In this document: piece after piece, positions 59,124 to 64,000 of the stretch
Layout of the letters: each line of letters starts with the position of its first letter
Position numbering within the stretch: the stretch's first letter is position 1
NCBI GenBank assembly: GCA_964594455.1
Contig: CAZQLY010000001.1
Coordinates: forward strand, 133,989 to 197,988
Direction: 5' to 3'
DNA length: 64,000 nucleotides
Origin: an uncultured Gammaproteobacteria bacterium
GTDB taxonomy: Bacteria > Patescibacteriota > Patescibacteriia > JAHIZJ01
Program-made: the position numbers and the translations under genes
The notes under the pieces: generated by a model
The model's database searches: none
What the model was told of the DNA's origin: nothing
The model's input: the letters and a program-made list of their open reading frames with translations, nothing else

Positions 59124-59305
59124 AAAAATCCCAATCAATGTTCCTTGTTTGGGACCCTGTTATTCGGGCGGTTCCACCCAATTTCTTTCTTTAGCCGATG
59201 CCAAAGAGAGCGCTCATTGAATTGTCTCTTATAGTTTAGGTCGCAGTTGACTTGGGCCATTGGCCTAACCAGTTTGGTAATCTGGTCAATCACTATAAGT
59301 GTTTA
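59124..59305 (-). promoter_or_regulatory. T-box riboswitch leader of thrS
   Basis: T-box TGGGTGGAACCGC (59180-59168), then TCCCAA..TTGGGA-TTTTT terminator; stem CTTATAGT/ACTATAAG enclosing an ACC (Thr) triplet; promoter TTGACA 59335-59330. Confidence 0.8.
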
Positions 59306-59338
59306 TAGAATATTTGAATCTGAATAATCTGTCAAGAA

Positions 59339-60496
59339 TTACCTTATCCGGACTTCAATATTATCCACTAAGGTTGGCGTTCTAAACACCCAGAATGGCG
59401 AGAATTGTATTTCCACGTTTTCTACTTTGGGGAATTGGGCAAAGTACCGCTGGACATCATTACGATCCATATTGACCAATTTAATACGGTCAAACATGGA
59501 ATGCGAGAGCGTAACGTTCTTGGTTCCCGATATGGTTACTCTCAGACTGGCGACTTGGTCTTCAACATTGAAATTATCTATTACATAGGTGTAAGGAGTG
59601 TCAGTATCCAATGTTAATTTAGTATTATTGGGAAGCTGTCCGGCGGTTTTTTCGTGAGCTAAGGCAATAACTTCATCAGCGTTATAACTTAAAGCTACAA
59701 CATGCAGGCTGGTAGTAACATAAAAGGAATTTACTTGGGCATTGGGTTCGACTGAGGCTTCTTCGCTGAGTAGTTCTTTTTTAGTGGCTTGTATTTTATA
59801 ATCTGCATTTAAATAATTTAGCTGAGTTTCAATATCATCCAAAGCTTGATTGTAGGCTGCTTGAAAGTTGTCATTCTTGGCTTTAACAATATTATCTAAG
59901 GTGGCTACGGTTGTGGTAGTGGTTCCGCCAGTCATTTTTTCAGTACTTTCACCATAGATCTTATCTTGGAGACCTGGCCAAAGTCCTGGAATAGTGAAGC
60001 GCATAGGTTCGACCTCTCCAGCCAGACCGGGTTGGTCAGCTGTTACTGATACGGAAACTTGACCGCCTGGAGGCACATCCACGCGTTCGTCTGTTCTGAA
60101 TAAGATTCCAGTTTCTGACAACAGTCTGGTGGTAGCAATCAGAGGCTGTGTACTAGAGTAGTTGTTATGAATTGTAACTTGACCAGTTGCCTTAGATTCG
60201 ACTTCTGATCCTACAGTAACTTCAGCATACTCATTTGTCAGTGAAACGTTTGATTCGAACACCACCCCGGCAACTGCTGGTTCGCTGGTGTTTTCATCTT
60301 CCGGATTGTTGACTATCTCGATTAGGGTGCTAACCGTGTATGGTTCGTCAGAGACTGTAACCCAAATAATTGTATTAGAAAAGGAAAAGTAGACTATCAG
60401 AGCCAATACGATTACAACCGCTATAGAAAAAGTAATAATTAAAGTCCGATAGTAATTCTGTATTTTAATTTTGTGGATTGATTTTTTCTTAGTCAT
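59339..60496 (-). CDS. Membrane-anchored baseplate-J-like protein
   Basis: KATG.VTI.N, L...TRL, V.ADQPG, FTIPGL, GG, PFW motifs of the CPR baseplate J-like family. Confidence 0.7.
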   Translation of the reverse strand: MTKKKSIHKIKIQNYYRTLIITFSIAVVIVLALIVYFSFSNTIIWVTVSDEPYTVSTLIEIVNNPEDENTSEPAVAGVVFESNVSLTNEYAEVTVGSEVESKATGQVTIHNNYSSTQPLIATTRLLSETGILFRTDERVDVPPGGQVSVSVTADQPGLAGEVEPMRFTIPGLWPGLQDKIYGESTEKMTGGTTTTTVATLDNIVKAKNDNFQAAYNQALDDIETQLNYLNADYKIQATKKELLSEEASVEPNAQVNSFYVTTSLHVVALSYNADEVIALAHEKTAGQLPNNTKLTLDTDTPYTYVIDNFNVEDQVASLRVTISGTKNVTLSHSMFDRIKLVNMDRNDVQRYFAQFPKVENVEIQFSPFWVFRTPTLVDNIEVRIR

Positions 60497-60499
60497 AAA

Positions 60500-63400
60500 T
60501 TATCTAAGAGTAATCATGTCCTTACCAATTACCGATTCTATTTCTTTCACTAGGTCGGGAGAATGATTTACGGCCAAGCTTGTTTTTATTACTCGCTGAC
60601 CAGTACGGGCTGGTACAACCAGAAACACGTTAATTTTTCCGGGATTCTTTTGCAATATCACTTTAAGCTTATCATAAATATCACGTTTGGCGCGAGAGGG
60701 TACATTAATAAATAGATTTTCGTTGTAGGGCATATTGTTACGATCGTAGTTGTTTCTATTTCGCTTCTTGGAAAATCCAGCTATCACTTCCTCAGCATTG
60801 TCAGTATTCATGACAGTTACGTCATCGACCAATAATTTCTTTTCATCATCTTTTTCTGAAAGTCGGCCGGCGATAGCTACAACTCTATCTTCCTGCCAGA
60901 CTTCCGGGTACTGCTCTAAAACCTTAGGGAAAACTAACACTTCAACTGACCCAGTATTATCCTCGATTTTAACAAATAACATAGGATCATGATTGCGAGT
61001 GAGTATTTTTTTTATTTGGGTGATAATTCCAGCGACAATTACACGTTTTTTTGGAGGAACATGGCTTAGCTCATTAATAGAAGTTGTATAGTCTTGGATT
61101 TTTTCCGAATATGAGGAAAAAGGGTGCTCGGTGATGTAGAGCCCCAGGAGTTCTTTTTCCCAGGCCAGCATTTGGTCTTTAGTGTCTGGTTCAGAAGATA
61201 TTAGTTTCAGTTTTGGCGAGTTGTTTATTGGAGCATAGCGGAAAAAATTTGTTTGGCCGTTGGTGCTTTCCTTTTCTGCTGATTTAGCAAAACTGAGGAG
61301 ATGGTCCATATTGCTTAGGAGCTGATTGCGTCCGCCAAAACGGTCGAGGGTGCCTGATTTGATCATACTTTCTAATGATTTCTTGTTTAAATCTTTAGTG
61401 TGAACCCGGCTTAAGAAATCTTCTAAGTTTTTATAAGCTCCGTTGGCTTTTCTTTCTTCAATGATAGTTTCAACTATATTTGACCCGACATTCTTTATTG
61501 CTCTCAGTCCAAATCGAATAGTCGGGCTTTTCGCTTGAGGCACAACCGAAAAAGTTCCGAAACTTTCATTAATGTCAGGTGGTAGGACCTGGATTCCCAT
61601 GTGTTCGCATTCTTCTACCTCTATCGATATACGGTCAGTATTTTCCTGATCAGAAGTCAGCAGTGAAGCCATAAACTCTTCAGGGTAATTAGCCTTGAAA
61701 TAGGCAGTTTGGTAGGCAATCAAAGCGTAACAAGCGCCATGAGATCTATTAAAACCATAACGGGCAAATGGCTCGATGAACTGAAATATCATTTCTGCAG
61801 TTTTCTGGGGTATTTTGTTGTTCACACAACCGTCAATAAACTTCTTTTTTTGTTGCTTAAGAAGTTTTTCAATCTTTTTGCCCACCGCTTTTCTCAAAAC
61901 GTCAGCTTCGGCCAGAGTAAATCCCGCCAATGATTGGGCAATTTGCATAATTTGCTCTTGATAAACAGCCACGCCGTAAGTCTTCTCTAGAATGGGTTGA
62001 AGTTTTGGATGTAGATACTCAGTTTTTTTACGACCGTGCTTACCGGCGATAAAGTCGGGGATCAGTTCCATCGGGCCTGGTCGGTACAACGAGACCATAG
62101 CAATAATATCTTCTAGAGAAGTAGGTCGAAGTTGCTTGAGATATCTTTTCATGCCGGAACTTTCAAGTTGAAAAACACCAGTAGTTAAAGAACGTTGCAG
62201 TAGCTCAAATGTTTTTTTGTCATCCAATGGTAGATTATCCAGATCAATGTCTACATTCCTGGTTTTATTGATGATCTTCATGGCATTCTGGAGAATGGTC
62301 AGGTTCTTTAATCCCAAAAAGTCCATTTTTAATAAACCAAGGTCTTCGATAGCGTGAAGCGAATATTGGGTTACAATCGTCCGGTCATCTTGGCTGGCGT
62401 ATTGAGTGGGAACATAATGATCAAGTGAATCCTTGGTTATTACCACGCCACAGGCATGAGTTGAGGCGTGCCGGGCAACACCTTCCAGTTTTTTTGCGTT
62501 GTCTAATAAATTCCTGCCTTCTTCGTCGTTGTCATATATTTCTTTCAATTCAGGAACGGAGGAGATAGCATCAGAGAGTGACGAGAACATAGGAATGAGC
62601 TTGGCCACCCTATCGCAATATGAGTAACTTAGCCCCAGCACCCTCCCAACGTCTCTGATGGCGGCTCGAGCGGCCATAGTTCCAAAAGTGATTATTTGAG
62701 CCACGTGGTTTTTGCCATATTTTTTTTCAACATAACGGATAACTTCATCGCGCCTGTCATCAGCGAAGTCAACATCGATATCAGGCATTGATATACGTTC
62801 AGGATTCAAGAAACGTTCAAACAATAACTCATATTTCAATGGGTCAAGGTTTGTGATATTGGTCAGATAAGAAACTATTGAGCCAGCGGCTGAACCACGC
62901 CCTGGTCCCACGACGATATCGTTATCTTTAGCCCAATTAATGAAATCTTGGACTATTAAGAAATATGATGCAAACCCTGTTTTTTCGATGACTGACAGCT
63001 CAAAATCCATGCGGTCAATAATGCCTTTTTCAGAGCTGTTTTTTGGATGCTGATAATCATTTAATCCATATCTTTTGGCTAAACCTTTTAGGCAAAGATC
63101 ACGCAGGAAATCATCCGCTGTTTTGTTATCAGGAAGAGGGAAGTGTGGTAAAGAGATTTTGCCTAGCTCTATCTCTAGATTACAGCGCTCAGCTATTTTT
63201 ACCGTGTTTTCCAAAATTTCAGGATGACCAGGAAAAGCCTCGGCAATTGACTTGGCTGAACGAAAAGAAATATTAGTGTCTCCATAGGACATCCGGTCTT
63301 GATCTGATTGTTTCTTTTTTGTCTGAATGCAAAGCAGAATATCTTGAGCAACCGAGTCCTCTGGCTCTAAGTAGTGAACATCATTAGTAGCTACCACTGG

Positions 63401-63997
63401 GACATTTAGTTTTTCAGCAAATTGGAAAATTCTTTCGTTAACTTCTGATTGGTGTCTTAATTTTGGATGGTGTTGGACTTCTAAATAAAAATTATCCGGT
63501 CCGAAGAGATCGCGGTATTTAATGATCATCTCCTCAGCCTTCTTGAGATTATTATTAATAATGTGGTTAGAGAGTTCGCCTTGCAGGCAAGCTGTCAGAG
63601 CAATAATCCCTTCGTGATGTTCAGAAAGTAAATCAAAATCAACCCGAGGTTTTCTATAAAAACCCTCAAGGTGGGCCTTGGTAGTCAGTTTGATCAGGTT
63701 TTTGTAGCCAGCAGTGTTTTTAGCTAGTAGGACTAGATGGTAGGGTCGCTCATCAATTCTGGGTCGCTTCTGGTTACGGCTGTGCCTGGCAACATATGCC
63801 TCAACACCGATGATAGGTTTAATGCCTGCCTCTTGGGCTTTTTGGTAAAATTCGATAGCACCATACATTACGCCGTGGTCAGTTAAGGCCACGGCAGGCA
63901 TTGCCTCTTTTTGAACCTTTTCGATTAGCTCATCAATCTTCGGCAGTCCATCTAAGAGGCTATAATGGCTATGGAGATGCAGATGGACAAATTCCAT
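60500..63997 (-). CDS. dnaE: DNA polymerase III alpha subunit
   Basis: FVHLHLHSHYSLLDG, GPGRGSAAGS, FERFLNPER.SMPDID, KMDFLGL, YGFNRSH. Confidence 0.98.
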   Translation of the reverse strand: MEFVHLHLHSHYSLLDGLPKIDELIEKVQKEAMPAVALTDHGVMYGAIEFYQKAQEAGIKPIIGVEAYVARHSRNQKRPRIDERPYHLVLLAKNTAGYKNLIKLTTKAHLEGFYRKPRVDFDLLSEHHEGIIALTACLQGELSNHIINNNLKKAEEMIIKYRDLFGPDNFYLEVQHHPKLRHQSEVNERIFQFAEKLNVPVVATNDVHYLEPEDSVAQDILLCIQTKKKQSDQDRMSYGDTNISFRSAKSIAEAFPGHPEILENTVKIAERCNLEIELGKISLPHFPLPDNKTADDFLRDLCLKGLAKRYGLNDYQHPKNSSEKGIIDRMDFELSVIEKTGFASYFLIVQDFINWAKDNDIVVGPGRGSAAGSIVSYLTNITNLDPLKYELLFERFLNPERISMPDIDVDFADDRRDEVIRYVEKKYGKNHVAQIITFGTMAARAAIRDVGRVLGLSYSYCDRVAKLIPMFSSLSDAISSVPELKEIYDNDEEGRNLLDNAKKLEGVARHASTHACGVVITKDSLDHYVPTQYASQDDRTIVTQYSLHAIEDLGLLKMDFLGLKNLTILQNAMKIINKTRNVDIDLDNLPLDDKKTFELLQRSLTTGVFQLESSGMKRYLKQLRPTSLEDIIAMVSLYRPGPMELIPDFIAGKHGRKKTEYLHPKLQPILEKTYGVAVYQEQIMQIAQSLAGFTLAEADVLRKAVGKKIEKLLKQQKKKFIDGCVNNKIPQKTAEMIFQFIEPFARYGFNRSHGACYALIAYQTAYFKANYPEEFMASLLTSDQENTDRISIEVEECEHMGIQVLPPDINESFGTFSVVPQAKSPTIRFGLRAIKNVGSNIVETIIEERKANGAYKNLEDFLSRVHTKDLNKKSLESMIKSGTLDRFGGRNQLLSNMDHLLSFAKSAEKESTNGQTNFFRYAPINNSPKLKLISSEPDTKDQMLAWEKELLGLYITEHPFSSYSEKIQDYTTSINELSHVPPKKRVIVAGIITQIKKILTRNHDPMLFVKIEDNTGSVEVLVFPKVLEQYPEVWQEDRVVAIAGRLSEKDDEKKLLVDDVTVMNTDNAEEVIAGFSKKRNRNNYDRNNMPYNENLFINVPSRAKRDIYDKLKVILQKNPGKINVFLVVPARTGQRVIKTSLAVNHSPDLVKEIESVIGKDMITLR

Positions 63998-64000
63998 TCC

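Noticed and set aside
59339-60496. Baseplate-J-like gene as prophage evidence
   Set aside because: Membrane-anchored, operonic with dnaE, no other phage genes; a common chromosomal CPR family

Overview
Bacterial chromosome segment in standard code 11, most likely from a Patescibacteria (CPR) genome. This is inferred from the AT-rich, Lys-rich housekeeping genes without Shine-Dalgarno (SD) sites, the baseplate-J-like gene beside dnaE, a CarS-like gene and stand-alone PEP-utiliser swivel-domain paralogs. The backbone carries trx/dipZ, a UvrD-nuclease fusion, pheS/pheT, gyrB, secE-nusG-rplK-rplA, a nucleotide-metabolism block (dCMP deaminase, NMP kinase-like, HAD, dut, thyX, tmk), gatB, miaA, miaB, thrS (with a T-box) and dnaE. 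The most striking structure is a second gene population: about 17 single-gene units that look more GC-rich by eye. Most are built as sigma70 promoter (TTGAC-N16-18-TAnnnT), a Nus boxA-like motif in about half, a strong GGAGG SD, one ORF and an intrinsic terminator. They are dispersed or stacked terminator-to-promoter between host genes, with no integrase, transposase or attC visible. Their cargo includes urocanase, a PyrB-PyrI fusion, Tdk, an OPT transporter, TPR and beta-helix proteins, and many orphans. Some units share 5' or 3' UTR sequence despite unrelated ORFs, and one is a decayed copy of another. A second candidate system is four divergent phospho-His swivel-domain proteins lacking an ATP-grasp domain, embedded in the dNTP operon. 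No rRNA, tRNA or CRISPR array was seen. All calls come from motif reading only; no database searches or computations were run.
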